Position numbers and translations under genes: made by a program. This document shows, one piece after another, positions 1 through 13,975 of a stretch of DNA of 64,000 bases. The stretch lies in the NCBI GenBank assembly GCA_012295275.1, contig CM022679.1:13702001-13766000 (forward strand), written 5' to 3'. Every line of letters starts with the position of its first letter. Positions within the stretch are counted from its first letter, which is position 1. Under the pieces are notes generated by a model. The model was not told the DNA's origin, did no database searches, and worked only from the letters and a program-made list of their open reading frames with translations. This DNA comes from Chrysomallon squamiferum. Lineage: Eukaryota; Animalia; Mollusca.

Positions 1-188
1 GAAATCGAGTGTCACCTGTAAATTATTAAAAATATTGTATAGAATTAATTATCTGCATACTGTCTGTATAACTAAAGCGATATAAGCGTTCAGTCGTATC
101 ACTTAAATCAGGGGAGAGAGGGTCAGACAGCTATGCAGTGTTTTGTAGGAGGACCAAGATATCAAATGTATTACACACACACACATAC

Positions 189-341
<153 letters not shown>

Positions 342-934
342 AGTTGTATCTTCAGTAATATGATAAAATAATATGATAATTATGAATAAACTATAATAAA
401 ACCACAATATCTAACGATGATGTTAGATCAGGATTGCCATCGGACCGGATAATTGGTGTTCAAGTGTTCAGTTGGTGGGCCTGACTGAAATCCCCCGCGG
501 CGCAAGTGTTGCCGACCCCTGTGTTAATTCATGTTTCCACACACCCATAATATTTCATTTTCCGCCGCCATATTCATTATCATATTGTGTTTTTATGTTG
601 TTTTTTGTTTAGTTCAGTTGTTCACCAAGCGTTAATACTTCATTTGTTAGTAGGCATTATTCATAGGCACAATGGTGAAGCGATGTGTTTTGGGGACATG
701 CAAATCGGATGAACGGTACGAAAGTCGACAACATCTGACATATATACCGTGTCCGAAGCTGAAAACAACGAGAAATATGCGGACGACAACATTCTGAAAA
801 AAGAATGTCTTTTATAAACATGACCATATTTTCAAATAATAATAATAATAATAGACATAGCTGACATTTAGCTATATACGAATTACCTAAATATGAATAA
901 TGTATATGCCCATACACAGCATTGAACAGAAGAA

Positions 935-1135
935 AAGAAGAAAGAAATGTTTTATTTCATGATACACTCAACACTTTTTATTTACGGTTATGTCGTGTCG
1001 GACATACGGTTAAGAACCACACTATATTGAGAGAGGAAACCCGCTGTTGCCACTGTTACTATTTTTGATTAGCAGTACCATCGCACAGATTACATACCAA
1101 TTATAGTGCACTGGTTGGACTAATGGATCCACAGA
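935..1135 (-). mobile_element. Truncated SINE (MetaSINE-like, gastropod-type); second copy about 22862-23078
   Basis: AAGAAATGTTTTATTT...GAGAGAGGAAACCCGCTGTTGCCAC...CCATCCCACAGA...GCATATACCA, duplicated in the window. Resembles the reverse complement of an abundant gastropod SINE recalled from memory, not searched. Confidence 0.55.
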
Positions 1136-1689
1136 CAGTGTTAAAAAAACGAAAAACAGTAATGTGTGTGTGTGTTGCATATGACCAAAATTGGTTTTGA
1201 GGTGAATTCAAACTAAACAGCTTGACGATTTATTGTAAAAGTTCAACTATTACAATTAGTCTTGAAAAGACACGTGTGTCATTTGTTATCTTCTGGTTTG
1301 TTACTTTTCTTTTTTCTTTGCACTGTAATAAACCATGCTTCAATATCAGTTTAATACCAAAATACACTCATCCAGCTTTACAGGAGCAGTTAGCCTCTGA
1401 TAGCTGTTTTGTCACCAAGCAAACCTGAATATGTGGTTTGTGTGTCGAGTCGTTTTTCCGGAAAATTTTTATATCATTGATGTAGCCTTGTCGTCGATGC
1501 AGATATAATGGACTGATAGCTACAGTTTGTTTGACAACATTAAAAAAAAATAATAATACAAAACAAAAAATGAAGAAAATTATTATTTAAGGCCAGATAG
1601 CAGAGACATAAATGGACATAACTGAAAAGTATGCAGAATATATATATAATACTTACGTGTTTATGAGTGTATGTGTGTATATGTATATA

Positions 1690-1878
1690 TATGTTGTTTA
1701 GGATTTTGAATATTCTCTGTGAAATCTACGTCTGACTAGACTCTTCACAGACAACATTCCTGTGGCGCAGGAGGATAAAGTCCAGTCACGACTTCAAACC
1801 TCGTCAGATGCCGCTGATGAGACTCGAACGTATGTCACCCTATCGCTCGCACTACCGTTCGGCCATCAAGACCACCTT
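1690..1878 (-). mobile_element. tRNA-derived SINE (paralogue about 23670-23850)
   Basis: Minus strand carries A-box TGGCCGAACGG and B-box GTTCGAGTC; same family as the elements at 32166 and 47616. Confidence 0.6.
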
Positions 1879-1938
1879 TACATATGTGCGTGTGTATTTA
1901 ACTATAAACACACATATACACACACGCACACACATATA

Positions 1939-2230
1939 CAGGTACCGAACCAATTATCCGGCGTCCTGAAATCCCGAAGGACCAGAAAATCGGAATTTTT
2001 TTTCCGACGCTACCTTTGTAGTTCGCGCGCGTTGACGTTCATTTCACTCGCCGCATTGTTTACGTGTCGAGTCACCACAGTTGTGTATTGTCAATTTTCT
2101 TTATGTTTTTAATATTAAAATGTTTATGCCTAATTATTTACGTATTTAAATGCCTTGGTACCAGAAAATCGGAAAATCCAGAAATTCCGAAGGTATAGGC
2201 CCCAAGGACTTCGGATAATGGATCCGGTAC

Positions 2231-2235
<5 letters not shown>
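1939..2235. mobile_element. MITE with about 30-bp imperfect TIRs
   Basis: CAGGTACCGAACCAATTATCCGGCGTCCT ... AGGACTTCGGATAATGGATCCGGTACTTCTG; the paralogous site at about 23881 reads only CAGGTACTTCT. Confidence 0.75.
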
Positions 2236-2278
<43 letters not shown>

Positions 2279-2297
2279 TTATGTATATATATGTATA

Positions 2298-2333
<36 letters not shown>

Positions 2334-2455
2334 TGTATGTATGTATGTATGTATGTATGTATGTATGTATGTATGTATGTATGTATTTTCGCATAACCAA
2401 ATACACTCTTTAATTGGAATTTAGAGAAATAATAACTGTACAGTTTTATTTTCAG

Positions 2456-4433
2456 AAGTAATCAATATGACACATGGAACAACGTTTAGATGTGTCCACT
2501 ATACATGTGATAAGATAGAAGAGTACTGTGTACCTGAAGACCAGAGGTGCTATTACTGCAAAGACATCAGTGATTTGTGCTTCACAATGCGTTTGGTTTT
2601 CCCTAAACAGTGTACTCATTTCTGTAAAGGTAGGTAGATGTGTATGTATGTATGTGAGTTTGTGTTTCTGCGTGTGTTTAGTTGTATGTATGTGTGTGTG
2701 TGTAGTTGTGTGTATGTCTGTGTATGTGTCCTTTGTGTGTTAGTATCCGCATGTATGTTTTTGAATATTTATGCATGAGTATGTGTATAAAGGTTTCTGT
2801 TAAGAAATATTTTTGCTATGTGTATGTTTTAAAATGTTTCTATAAGGCAGGTCTTTCTAGGCTAGATGATATTATATTTTATAACACTACTGTCACAATT
2901 TTTATGTTTTATTATTTGACAAATAAATAAATAAACAGATAAACCACGAAACAAACAATTAAACAAACAAATAAATAGGTAAGTAAATAAATAAATAAAC
3001 AGGCAAACAAACAAACACAGAGATTTTCACTGTTTACAAGTTTTTTGTTTTTAATCTCATTTTGTACGGAGTAACAACTTTTCTCTGTGCTTATTTCACA
3101 GATTATGTTTGTTTTTTTGTTTTTATTCCAGCTTTCCTTGATAATCAGGCAAAGACAGGTAAAGCTTTTTATTATTACAGCCAAAAAATTATAAATGTTT
3201 GTGTGTGTATATCTAAGATTATGTGTGTGTGTTTGTGTGTGTCTATATAGCTACGTATGTTTATGTGGATATATGTGTGTATGAATGCATGTATGTCTCT
3301 GTGTGTATATATATATATATATATGTACGTTTGTGTGTGTGTGTGTTTAAGAATTAAAAAACACAGGCATAGGAATGTTTTCATTAAAAAAAACATTTTC
3401 TAATTTTATCTCAAGGGATTCAAGTTGACTTAAAGTTGATCATGTAATATATATTATAGTGGTGCATTGGTCCTTTGGCTATATATTTGGCTATGAGAGT
3501 GTGTGTGAGCGTCTGTGTGTGTGTTTATTAGAGGTTTCTAATTAAAAAAGTTTTTGCTATGTGTATGTATTGAAATATGTCTATAAAGCAGGTCTTTCTA
3601 GGCAAGATGATACTATATTTTATAACAGTACTGTAATATTTGTATTATGTGTTTCGTTATTTGATAAATAAATAAATAAATAAATAAATAAACAAATAAA
3701 TAGACAAACAAACAAATAAACAAATAAATAAATAAACGTTTGTGTTTTTGATCTCAGTTTATACACAGTAACAATTTTTCTCTATGTTTATTTCACCAGA
3801 TTATATTTATTTTGTTTGTTTTTGTTTCAGATTTCCTTGGCAGTCAAATAACAGAAAGTAAGGCTTATTATTACTACAGTCATGAAATAATAAATGCTTG
3901 TGTACGCATATCTGTGCTTATATGTATGTATGTATGTATGTATTACGGCAGTGTTTGTGTATGTATGTATATATAGTATGTGTGTGTGGATATGTGTATG
4001 TATGAATGTATGTATATATTTTATGGCAGTGAATATGTGTGTGTGTTTGTGTGTTTGTATATATGTATGTGTGTATGTATGTATATATGTATATGTGTGT
4101 ATGTATGTATATATGTATGTGTGTGTGTATATGTGTGTATATGTATATGTACTAAGGCAGCAGTCGAGTTTGCTTGATAACAGTGGCAAAATTTATAGTT
4201 TTTTCTAAATGTGATTTTACAAAGTTACTTTGATTGTATTTCAGATCTTCCACAGAATAACGAGGTCCTTTCTACAGCACTTTCCATAGCATGTCTAATA
4301 GCAGTAGTATTATTATCAGCTGCAGCTGTACTGGTTTTCCTAAAATGGAGAAGACTGAGTAAGAACAAACATGAACACGGTGTTGAAAAAGTTGAAGAAC
4401 AAACAGAACTAATGAAAACAGGAAAAACAGCAG
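2456..4433 (+). CDS. Single-CRD TNF-receptor-like (Grindelwald/BCMA-like) gene copy A; exons 2456-2629, 3132-3158, 3831-3857, 4245-4433; tail exon missing
   Basis: All exons are AG/GT-flanked, phase 1 and multiples of 3. From ATG 2467: MTHGTTFRCVHYTCDKIEEYCVPEDQRCYYCKDISDLCFTMRLVFPKQCTHFCK-AFLDNQAKT-DFLGSQITE-NLPQNNEVLSTALSIACLIAVVLLSAAAVLVFLKWRRLSKNK... Similarity to paralogues stops at about 4469. Confidence 0.75.
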
Positions 4434-6242
4434 GTGAGTTATACAGCTATTTTTAAGTTAGCAAAGTCTCTTATTTCAGAGTCTAAAGTGTTTTTCAGTG
4501 TAGAAAATTGATGTTTAGGGCATATATTTTGAGAAACTGCCAGGTGACAACTTCTCATCCTTGAGCAGTTTGTGCTAGGAGGCAAAATCCAAGATGGCCA
4601 TCAGCAAATCTATTTTCCTCATATCTTCATAACTAGACTGGATAGAAGCATGAACAAAAGATTGTTTTAATGTTTTGAGGCATGAATAATTTAATGCAGC
4701 TATGACTTGTTGTTGTTGCAATAAAACAAAAAGAACTAAAGATGGCAACACAAAAGGATGAAGATATGGCTGTTTTAAGTCTGTGTTGGTCTTTTAATAA
4801 AGGCTAATAAGGTATAGGCTACTAACTAATAGGTAAATAAAAATAATTAATTATTGAATTGTCCAAACAACAGTCTACAATTATAATTATGACATCAAAT
4901 TATTGTCAGAATTCTACTCTAAAAAGACTGCATAAAAGAAGTCTGAAAATATTTTGGTGTCCATTTTCTACAATGGTGTACTTTCTTAAAAACTGTACTG
5001 CCTCAACAGTTAAATCATTTAAGTCCATTCTAACTTTAAAACATAAAAGTTACAAATTTATATGTATTTTCTATATACTTATTGTTGTTGTTGTTGTTGT
5101 TGTTATTCTTCTTCTTATTATTATTATTATTAAGAAAATGTAATATTTCTCTGATGTGCAGATTATTATATTTATTTATTTATAAAATAATAAGCGACAC
5201 TGAGTGTTTTGTGAAATGATGAGCATTGTAACCTCTGATTCTGCCTAAATCACAACTGTGTCGGAAAGTTCATAATCGGATTTTAATTTTTGAAAATTGG
5301 CATCTAAGTTTTTTAAATGAAATTTGTTATTTATGTATATATTCCAATTTATTTTATTTTGATGAACCATCTACATCTCCTACCAAATTATTTTAGTATT
5401 TTTATTTTTTATTTTTATAATTTATATTTAAATTTATTCATAGCATACAACATAGGAAATGCTTTTATAAACAGTTGTATTATACTGTATGGATATATAA
5501 TTTTTCTTCAGATTCAAATTGGTAAATTAAACAATATATAATTTAATGATACGTAAACATTTTCTTAGTTTGTACAACACCCTTAGTAAGAGGAAAGAAA
5601 TAAGAAATTAAATAAGAACTATCTAATTATATAAAAATTTAATTAAGTAATTAAGTGTCTAAAAAGACAAACAAATATATTATTTTTTAAAATTTTGTTG
5701 TTAAAACAAGTAAGAAATGCATGTTGATACATTTTATTAATTAGTTATAAAATAAATAATAATAATTATTATTCAGTTGTTGTTTTTATTATTATTATTA
5801 GATATTTGTTGTATTCAAAGTACTTTGGATATTTATTATTTAACATGAAAAAAGAAACTACAGTAATGTTTAAGTTAACTGAAAATTCATAGAAAAAAAA
5901 ATAAACAAATAATAAAATCAAGAAATTAAAGTTACATATTAAATGAAAAAATAAATAAATACATAAACAAATAAATAATTAAACAGAAAAATAAATAAAT
6001 AAATATTTTACAGGCATTTCACGGTGTCATATACTTTGAACAAAACTTTGGTAGGAATGATTCCTCAACAAGTAATCTTAAAATATTATTTCATAATAAA
6101 TTTAAATAAAATAATACCTAAAATGCAGTGACACTGAGTGATGATATCCCCATCTGAACATGGCTAATATGGAAAACTCGTACCTGAAATTGTATGTAAT
6201 TAAGTGTGTCTACAGGAGAGGCCAGGGCTGCATGGGATACGT

Positions 6243-9065
6243 TTTGATCACACTCCACCAACATGTGGCACATTGTCAGAGGACACTGACAGTGTTCACA
6301 CTGAGGTGGACAGTCCTTCTTCAGGATAAATGAATGGATCAAACAAGTATAACCGATGCGAGACTCACACAAGATCATCTCATCCTTCAGGCACTGCCTG
6401 TAAGAGGACTGCAAACTCCCAGGACTGGCTTCAAAGAATAAAGTTTGTTCACGATCACACTGTTTCAACCATCCTACCAATTTGAAAAAATATAATTGTG
6501 AATTTGATGTTTTGCAGACATGCAACTTGCCAGGGCAATAGGGCAATCATTTCTAGGCTGAGTTGGACCCATACCAGGCTTTAGAATAGCAATTACAATT
6601 GCTTTCCTCCAATCAGAAGGAAAGTTACCAGAAATCCAGATTTTATTGAAAATGTTTAGAAGCAAGAGAGAAGAGCTGGGTAAATGTTTAAGTGACTGAT
6701 AGTGCATTTCATCTGGGCCTACTGAAGTGTCATAAGCTCTACGTAGAGCATTCTGCAATTCTTCTATGGAGAAAGGCATATTGTATACTTCAGCATTATC
6801 AGATGAAAACTGCTTTTCAGTTTTATTAGGTTCAGATGCGAAATCATCTGTACTGAAAGAAGAGGAAGAATTACGAGAAAAGTTATCTGCCAATACATTA
6901 GCAATGTCACAGATTTGACTGACATTTGGGAATTTATATTGGTAATATATTTCCTCAAAGACTATGTCGGATGTTGCTGCATGCCTTAGCCCTCGCAATA
7001 CAATAAGCATCCAGGTTGCCCTTAGTTATCTCGTTTGAACCTTTCCAAGGCCCTGTTGCACTCTTTGATTACATCTTTGCAAGAATCAGTAAACCAAGGT
7101 TTATTGAAATTTGGTATTGCCGAAGTCTTAGGTATAGCCACTTCTGCAATGTCCTTCAAGATGGAAGTAAACAAGGAAATGGGATCACCAGCATCTGTAA
7201 AGGCAGACAAGTGCTGCATAGATGTTAGAATTCATCCCAATTTGCCCTCATCAGCTTCCATCTTTGAACCGTTTCAAGAGAAGGTGGTCCATCATAATAC
7301 TCCGAGAAAATGAGAAAATGGTTACTACCAAAAGGATTGGGACCAACCTTCTAGGAGAAATCAAGACTAATGGATATAAAGGGTTAAATCTATTGAAGTG
7401 AAGGTACCTCTTGCAGAATGAAAATGTGTGGCTTTTATCGTTAAAAAGAATCAAATCATTTTTAAGAATTAAGTCTTCCAATTATTGACCTCTATTATTA
7501 ACCTCTTCACATCCCCACAGTTGACCACTGAAATCTCCCATCAGAATAAAAGGAGATGGGAGTTGGTCGATGAGTACTTGGAAGTCTTGAGACTTAAAAT
7601 TGAAATGATTGTGAGGAGGTAAATAAATTGAACATACAGTTATAGTTTTATGACTTGTGTCTTTAACAGCCACAGTCTGTAAGATGGTATTTAATGTAAG
7701 TATGCTCTGGGGACATATTCTCATTAACAAGAATAGGAACACACCCAGGTACTCTATGTTCAGTTTCCTGAAATTTGTGGTAGAGATGAAATCGCCAACA
7801 GTAATAGGATTAGTGTCTTTAAAGAAAGTCATGAAGATGTACTGCAAGGGGATTATGTTTAACGATTAAAAGGATCAACTGATCAAAATTGGGTCTAAGC
7901 ACATGGCAATTCCATTGAATGACTGAATTAGTCATTAGTAGGTAGTATGGGGTTTTACTTTTCTTTGGCAATTTTCAAAGTTTTCGATGATTATCTGACA
8001 TATCCATCAGATCATCCATATCAGGCAACATTCTGTAAGGATTATTGATCTGAATCAGTTGTTTTTCAGATTTCTTTAATCTTTCTGAAGAAGAATCACA
8101 ACTCTGGGTTTTTTTGTTTCTTTTCCAGAATGAGGCTTGCTTAAACCTGGAAGATGAGCCTCTTGAACAATTTTTAGAATCCAAAGAATTCCATGTTTTT
8201 GCTTTAGGATTCTTTCTTTGTTTTTTCAGTATCAGAAATATTTTAAAATTGATCTACACCATTTGACCATGATAAGTCAGCACATGATTTACTGAATATT
8301 GAAGAAGACTCAGGCTCAGGGAATGAGTTTTCTTTCCACTTTAATAGGCTGTAGCATTTTTTCCAGTTTCCACCGTGAGCATTTTCACAGTATGCAAAGT
8401 GTTTTCCTCCACAATTGACATATCTTGCTTTCATGGTCAAACTGACCACACTGAGTATATGTCAATCTGTTATGACATGTATTTTTTGTCCATGTCCATA
8501 TTTGTCACATTTAAAACATTGTAGAACAGCAACATACAATTAGATCTTGAAGAGTGGACACATTAAATGTCAGAATAAAGGTATGTGTTGGTACTTGTGA
8601 CTAGATCTTCGCAAAATTCTTCCTAATATCTTCCAGATCCCTGACCAAATCACTCCTTTTGATTCAGTGTTGTGTGTGGACCAACTATAATAAATTTGCC
8701 ATTTAAGTAAATTTTTGGAATGATTCTCTGTTGAGCATTCTACCACCAATGAATCATTCCTTGGTTTCTTAGCATTTTTAGGCTCACTGGCCAAGCCTTG
8801 GAGCCCCTTATGTATCATAAAAGGTGATAGTTTTTTCAAGGCTTGATCATCAGCAGACACAATGAGAAACGTCAGCCAGGTTTTAGAAGAAATAAATTTT
8901 GATTTCTTCACAATATTTGTAGTCTCTTCATCAGAAGATGATGATCCAATAACCACAGTGTGGACTCTTTTCAGTGTTCCATCAGTCATAACTGAGTAAT
9001 TTAAGTTCATCAACCATGACGCCACCAGACACCGAGTCCAAAAAGAGGAACCACCCCCTAGAGCA
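6243..9065 (-). mobile_element. Degenerate non-LTR retrotransposon (I/Nimb-like LINE) with RT/RNaseH core deleted
   Basis: ORF1 remnants (LKKLSPFMIHKGLQGLASEPKNAKK; knuckles CFKCDKYGH, VNCGGKH); APE endonuclease (QWNCHVLRPNFDQL, TVCSIYLPP, PFILMGDF); pre-RT (GPDEMHYQSLKHLP...FPSDWRKAIVIAILKPG...PIALASC); C-terminal CEHCQCPLTMCHMLVEC. Many frameshifts; ends approximate. Confidence 0.9.
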
Positions 9066-10766
9066 ATTATATAGATCTTCAGTATACCCATCCTTTTCCA
9101 CAACTGACAAATTTTCATGACATTTATGTCCATGGTCAAAAATTTATTCCTTCTCACTGGTGCCCATCTATTCCCCAGTGACAACGGAAATGAATTCACA
9201 GCAGAACTAAAATTGTGTGACTCAGGCTGGTTATCATCCATGATTTGAGTTTACATAAAGTGTTACATTAAGATTCAAGTGGTGTGGTATTACAGATAGC
9301 ACTTTAGTCATTTTATATAATGCCTGGTCATGATTTTCAGTTATTTTGTTAAGTGGCTGGAATTTTCAACTATTTTGTTAAGTGGCTGGAATTTTCAACT
9401 ATTTTGTTTATTTCGTGGTTGTGTCTGACTCATTTGTTTGAGCATTTGCATAATGACTGATTTCAAAGATTGATTGTAATATACATACAATCAAATCATA
9501 CTCAAGATAAAAAAATAAAATGGGTTAACTAATATTCAGTGACATCCGAGGGGCTTTTATTTTTTAATTTTTAATTATTAGTATTATATATATATATATA
9601 TATATTTGTTTTTAAATTTATTATTATTATTTTTTGTTTATTCAAACAACGGTATGTAAAATTAAAAAGAATTCAAAAATTGCAAAAAATAGATTTTAAT
9701 GCATTAAGTACATCGAATGATAAAAGTGGAAAAAGACAAAAACCTGTTATAGCCAAAGATAAAATATATTTCAAAACTAAATAAAGAGTAATAATTGGCC
9801 AAAGAAACTTGTTCTCAACTCCTTTACAAAAATGTTAGTATTTATGATATTTTGCAGAATGTTTGTATTCCTGGCAAAGTGGGGAAATGTCAGTGAAAGA
9901 GGGCGAGATCCAACAGCACATCACAACATGAGGAACTCTGCTGCCACTGGCAGGGAAATATCGGCAATGAAGACGTGACTCCATATATAATTCAAATCAG
10001 CCTGTGATTAAGAACAGCACTGCCTTTGGTGCGGAAATATTGGCAGATGAAGACATGTCTCCATGTGCAGGTGATGTCAGCCCAGTTACTGTAGGATGGA
10101 AGAGGATGAGTCACCCTTTTCTAGGTGTTGTCTGCCAGATGGAAAAGTTCTGCTTTCTTTGTTGAGAATAAGTCATTTTGTCTCTTTGCTTCTACAAAAA
10201 TTCAATTATGTATTTGTGTTACAGTTTGCAATTTTTAAAATACCACTTTGTTTGTTTTTTCAATGAAATGAGTAATTCTAAATTTCATTACATAAAATGA
10301 ATTATGGTCAAACCTCTTTATAACATCCCCTGGTTTGATGCTATCCCTGTTTTCTGTCCTGACAATGACTGACCACCAGTTTTCTGAATACGTAAAAAAC
10401 ATGCAATCTGGTACTGATTCCTTGATATTAAGAATGACAATATCAGCAGTTTAAATGGTTCAATGATTTGTTTTTTCTGACTTGGCAGCTTATCTAAATA
10501 CAGCAGTTTATATCTCAGCCTTTTTTTATGTTATTTTCTAAGAGAAGTGGACAAAGCACTGTACATTTTTGGGTCAGTATTGAAATAATTCATAACATCA
10601 GAAAAGGTATTGTACCACCCAAAGTCACTTTAATGCCAAAACAATATTAACACCAGGCTTTATAATAGAAATAATTTCACTTTAACTAGACTGCTACCTG
10701 AAAAATAAACTTGACTTTAAACAAAATGTTTAGTTTTATGCTGTACAGTAAACAATTTCACCTGAA

Positions 10767-13700
10767 CTAAACGTAAGGGTTTCTCATGAAACCCCTACTT
10801 GACAGCGTTTTGGTTCTTCTCGACCGACGATACTTGTAAGTGTCGTTGAGCATTTCGGGAGGCGGTGGTGGTGGTGATGTGCGAAGTCGTTTCTGCTAAA
10901 ATGTTTAACAATTGATTATTTTACTAATGTTTGCTGTTATAGCATTTCTTTACAGTAGTAATACAGCATGAACATGAGAGAAAAAACAACAAACCTATTT
11001 GCATACTGTCTTATTCTTACTGAACTTTTTGCATATTAGTTACATATTTGAGAAACAAAATCAAAGTTGACAAAACATTTATTTTATCTATAGGATGATT
11101 ACATTATTTTACTATTAATGAAATGACATACTCCCTTTGTGACAATATAATAACTTAAAAAAATGATAGCTGTACCTTTCTTTTTCTTTGGGTTCTCTCT
11201 GGAAAGAAAATAAATTACAAAACATTTCTTTAATGAGTTTCTGCTAACAGTGCAGTCTACCTTATCTAACACAGATCTACAATAAAAGGCAGTCTAACAA
11301 AACAAGCAATGTTTGGTTTCTACACATTTTCACCTGAGTAAACAACATAATGGAAACCTAACAAAACCAGAATCTGTCTATTCTGAAAACTGGATTTTCT
11401 TTCTTTCATTTCTTTTCTCGTTTTAGATTTACATCATCTGATAATAATTCTCATTTTTCAAACTATTCTGAACCATTAGTTTTTCTTAAAATAAAATATG
11501 TAGTAATACCAAAATAATATTTACTTTCACTGCTTTTTTTCGTGTCCTTTAATGTGTCTTCTGAAAATACAGAATGTTATATTTAATGTTTATAATTAAT
11601 ACTGTAAAGTTAGATTCAAAGGAAAATTTATATTAAAACTGTTATTATTATTTGGAAAGATAAATTCAATTAAGGAGATTTTCTTTCAATTTTTCAATTA
11701 TTTGTCATTTTTGTCCTAGAAGAAAACAAAAATGATCATATAAAGTATCACAGATCTTATTTAGCAATATGACCATGCAAAGAATTACTTGAATGAGTTT
11801 CTAAAAATATAATATTGATTTGTCTTTTAAGATAATTCACAAGAAATCATTTTAGAGGTAATACAGTCTGATAAAGGCTGGTGCCTGTATTAAACCTAGC
11901 ATCATCATTACCATCATGATCATTATTTTTGTTATTGTTGTTGTTGACGTTTTAAGTGATTTATACTGTGTATACTGAAGTTAACCAAATCATCAAACTT
12001 TATACTTTAAAGGATGGAAGCCAGTTGCTCCCTTAGGCTAGACAAATGAGTAGTGCAGAGACGAAGTATTTACTTCAGTAAGCTTAAGTCCATTTTCAGG
12101 GAGTCACATTTCCTTTGGTTTAGTATTAAAGCTACAGAGCTCCACTTTTTATTCAGTTAAATTATTTTGTTTGGCCTGAAGAAGGTTTGTAAATTCTTAT
12201 ACTCATACTTAATATTCTGCAGTTATGGAGTCCAGTGTGTTGTTACTTCAGCAATGGTGGGGGATGATGGTCACAAAGCTATTGCACTGTGCCTAGTGAC
12301 TTAGTTTGACTTAATCCTGCTGTTGGTAATACTCTGTAACTGACCATCACACTGACATTTCTTTATAAAAACTACGCTTTGTAGTACCAGAACAAAATTT
12401 CAGAATGTTTTTTAAAAAATAAACTCTTTAAAAAGAATTCATAAAATATAATTAAAAATATATATTTACTTTTTTGGGGACGACCTCGTTTAGGTTGTTC
12501 TGAAAAACAGTAATGTTAAAATTAATATAAATGAAATATATTATTATTAATTTTCATCCTAATTATCATATCACTGGGAAATTTCTTACGCTAAGATGTC
12601 TGTCAAGTCTAATACTAATAGGAATAGGAATAAGCATAAACATAATAAGTATAATAATAATAATAATAAATCATTCACACTTGTCAATTCGGAAAATATA
12701 AATGAAATGAGGATCAAATATTAAAAGTCTCTAAAACATTTATACAGAAGTTTGAACGTTAATTTCACTGAAATCTAAGTTGATCAGACAAACACTTCCT
12801 GTTATTTTGTTCAGGCATATTATGTTCTATATATATATATAGTTACAGTAAGAAAAAAGTCATTTTTATTACATGTGTAGATGTAACAAGCACTAAAAAT
12901 AATTTACATAGTGAAATGCACAATTATGAATTAAAAAAGAACATGAACCAAAAATCATGACACAGTAATACAAATTGCCAACTGAAAAACAAAATATGAA
13001 ATATTTGCTAAGGTAGAATGGCAAAGTATATTTTTTGAGAATATGGCAGGCTGTTCACATGCAATCAGTACATGATAAAACTGGCTGTGAAGGTTTATTA
13101 CCAAACTGAAGACAGCAAGGGAGTCATCTGGCACACTTAAACATGTTGTTACACATTACAAATGGTCAGAAGAAAAAATATGACCACAGGCCTTGAAATT
13201 TAACTTCAAATACTTGCTCCTATAAATAAAGGATTCAGATCTGGTTAAATGCCACAAGGCCATTTACATCCAGTTTTTATTTAACAGTTTACCTACAACA
13301 AACTCTTATTTTTTATTCTGCATTTATGGAGTTTCAGTGTTGTCACTTAAGCAGTGGGGTATCTGAGAAGTTTTGCCCTAATCCTCAACTTGGTAACAGT
13401 CTAAAAACTACCCAAACCTAACACATCGATACTTCTTTATAAGAAATCCACTGACATTTTAAGATATTTAATTTTTTTTGAAAACAACATATAAATTTCT
13501 TTTCTTTCTTTCTTTTTATCATTTATTTAAAAAAAAGAAAAAGTAGAGGAGTGACAGAGAAAGAAATGATAAACAATAAAAAAGACAGTCTTCTTTAAAA
13601 ACCTTTAATGAAGTATAATAATCAAAAATATTTACTCACCCTTTCTTGGTCTTCCCCTTTTTCTGCCACTACGATTTTCTGAAAATCAGTAAATGAGTGA

Positions 13701-13975
13701 TGTTAATATTAAATATATAATCTGAGATGGTCTGCTAATTACCATATTTCCTGGGGACTGTCTTATGCTGCAATTTAACTGGGTTTCACTGTTTCAAGTG
13801 TTTTCTGTTATGTCCGACGTTTGTAGAAATGACACTGGTTTCCCAACAAAAACAAAAATAGCACTTTTGTCACTATCAGCATCTATTCAACATCGATTTC
13901 AGTACCCGTGGTTTGTATTTACATACCTCTTGTTTCTGTCAACCATACCTCTGTGGGATTGACAGATTGTGATAC
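10767..13975 (-). CDS. Small basic two-AT-hook protein built from micro-exons: 13975-13927, 13678-13640, 12499-12470, 11560-11525, 11198-11176, 10895-10767; start exon uncertain
   Basis: Six AG/GT-flanked exons join in phase: VSQSVNPTEVWLTETR-ENRSGRKRGRPRK-EQPKRGRPQK-KDTLKDTKKSSE-KRTQRKRK-QKRLRTSPPPPPPEMLNDTYKYRRSRRTKTLSSRGFMRNPYV*; two RGRP cores. Confidence 0.65.

Noticed and set aside
440-521. hAT-like terminus GTTGCCGACCCCTG
   Set aside because: A single short TIR-like end with no partner or TSD found.
6118-9241. Host genes among the 6-9 kb minus-strand ORFs
   Set aside because: All are frameshifted pieces of one LINE.
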